From a virus (lineage: Duplodnaviria > Heunggongvirae > Uroviricota > Caudoviricetes): a stretch of 9,910 nucleotides of DNA. This document shows positions 8,968 through 9,910 of the stretch, piece by piece; the stretch's first letter is position 1, and the number at the start of each line of letters is the position of its first letter. The notes under the pieces are model-generated. The model did no database searches. It saw only the letters and a program-made list of their open reading frames with translations, and was not told the DNA's origin. The position numbers and the translations under genes are program-made. The stretch lies in IMG/VR virus record IMGVR_UViG_2695420701_000018; one strand, 5' to 3'.

Positions 8968-9035
8968 GGAACTATCACTAGCTAGTGTACCGTTAACGGC
9001 ACATAATGCTCGCACAACAAACCTGTTAAAAGAGA

Positions 9036-9317
9036 TTACTCAGCATTCTCCTGCTTCCATTGCCGGATCATTTCATCGGTAACATCACCCTCATAACATA
9101 CCACGTCATACCCTCCATTACGGCTATATGCACTGCGTCCACCACATCTACTACCATTCCTTGCATGATTATAAGGACACGCACAATTGCCTGGATAAGA
9201 TTCAATGGATTCTTTAATTATTTCTTTTTTGATCTGAGCATCAGACTTTCCTGTTGCTGCATATCCACTAAAAGATACTAAACAAAGGCAGATTGCCATT
9301 AATAAACCACATCGCAT
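9036..9317 (-). CDS. Small secreted Cys-containing protein (signal peptide plus about 70 aa mature domain), function unknown
   Basis: Probable start at the Met of MRCGLLMAICLCLVSFSGYAATG (complement of CAT at 9315-9317), a typical Sec signal peptide. The ORF-track N-terminal extension to 9431 has no signal-like character. Mature part contains CACPY...RCGGRSAYSRNGGYDVVCYEG with 4 Cys. AT-rich relative to neighbours. Confidence 0.6.
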   Translation of the reverse strand: MRCGLLMAICLCLVSFSGYAATGKSDAQIKKEIIKESIESYPGNCACPYNHARNGSRCGGRSAYSRNGGYDVVCYEGDVTDEMIRQWKQENAE

Positions 9318-9573
9318 ACCGATACACTCTATTACTAACCAATCATAGCCCACATCATAAAATCGAGATGAGGAGTACAATACCTTTAACAAGAAGGTGT
9401 CATAACGATAATATGTCGTGCAATTCATCAAAAAAAAGATCTATATCAAAGAGATAGAACTCTTATCAGTGCTTCAGACATCGGCATTCGAGGCAGCAGA
9501 AAAACAGTAAATCTGACGAATTTGCCTTTTCCCAAGATGTTGTCAGATTAAAAAAGATAGATTAGCGCAGGTA

Positions 9574-9717
9574 CCTGTTGGTGGATTGCAGGAGGAAAAA
9601 TGAAGTCGAGTGGAAAAATCCCAAAAAAATTTTTGTTTAACAGAGGTCCTGGTTCACTATGCGAAATACGGAGGAGCTGCAGAAGAATTCTGCTTCATCC
9701 TTAGAGTTTAAACAGCA
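9574..9717 (+). pseudogene. Decayed second copy of the hok-like locus (leader plus C-terminal coding remnant, N-terminal region deleted)
   Basis: 9574-9650 is alignable to 8576-8648 (both end in TGTTTAAC-GAGG-CCT) and 9651-9717 to 8776-8844 (GGTTC-CT-TG-GAAATACGGA...AGT-TAAACAG). The roughly 127 bp that in copy 1 carries the hok RBS, start codon and TM segment (8649-8775) is missing. The remnant frame reads LCEIRRSCRRILLHP-stop. Confidence 0.45.
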
Positions 9718-9793
9718 CGTGCACTACCATTGTTTCTGCATATCGCCACACCATCGCCACTCTACCGCCATTGCACAAAATACAAATACGAAA

Positions 9794-9813
9794 AAACCAC
9801 CCGAAGGTGGTTT
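9794..9813 (-). terminator. Rho-independent terminator downstream of the minus-strand tRNA
   Basis: AAACCACC (9794-9801), loop CGAA, GGTGGTTT (9806-9813). On the minus strand the stem is followed by UUUUUU (complement of the A-run 9791-9796), about 45 nt past the tRNA 3' end. Confidence 0.65.
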
Positions 9814-9856
9814 CACGACACTGCTTATTACTTTGATTTTATTCTTATCTTTCCCA

Positions 9857-9910
9857 TGGTACCCGGAGCGGGACTTGAACCCGCACAGCGCGAACGCCGA
9901 GGGATTTTAA
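9857..9910 (-). tRNA. leuZ: tRNA-Leu (anticodon UAA), 3' portion only; 5' part lies beyond the window
   Basis: Reverse complement of 9857-9910 reads TTAAAATCCCTCGGCGTTCGCGCTGTGCGGGTTCAAGTCCCGCTCCGGGTACCA: anticodon loop with UAA, long class II variable arm, T-arm GGTTCAAGTCC, acceptor stem and encoded CCA. Matches the E. coli leuZ sequence as I recall it. Confidence 0.85.

Noticed and set aside
9060-9281. 73-aa plus-strand ORF opposite the secreted-protein gene
   Set aside because: Antisense to the ORF with a clear signal peptide, with Cys/Ile/Thr-rich nonsense composition.
9318-9431. N-terminal 38-codon extension of the secreted-protein ORF (ORF-track start at 9431)
   Set aside because: The extension (MMNCTTYYRYDTFLLKVLYSSSRFYDVGYDWLVIECIG) would bury the signal peptide internally. 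The Met at 9315-9317 directly precedes a canonical signal sequence.
9659-9910. 83-aa plus-strand ORF running into the window end
   Set aside because: It runs through the hok remnant, across the tRNA terminator and antisense into the tRNA gene itself, so it is a read-through artefact.
1-9910. CRISPR arrays, IS elements and integrase or recombinase genes
   Set aside because: No regularly spaced direct repeats, no transposase-like ORF with terminal inverted repeats and no integrase-like ORF are visible. The prophage integrase, if present, must lie outside this window.

Overview
The window looks like the distal end of a lambda-like prophage late (tail) operon followed by accessory DNA and a host tRNA. 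In order: the C-terminal part of tail-tip protein J (1-576), the Ail/Lom-family outer-membrane protein Lom (644-1243), a mosaic side tail fibre Stf (1395-4151) and its assembly chaperone Tfa (4153-4680). Downstream of a weak terminator is a three-gene, translationally overlapping module (4817-7761) that I cannot assign to a known family, although the largest protein carries a motif pattern like P2 gpV / T4 gp5 / VgrG central spikes. This is the best candidate for an undescribed system. After ~950 bp with no convincing ORF comes a 46-codon Hok/Gef-family type I toxin gene (8707-8847) that the ORF track missed, then a small secreted Cys-containing protein on the minus strand (9036-9317), a decayed second copy of the hok locus (about 9574-9717), and the 3' half of a class II tRNA-Leu(UAA) on the minus strand at the window edge. 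All assignments are from reading the translations and remembered family signatures; no database search was run.
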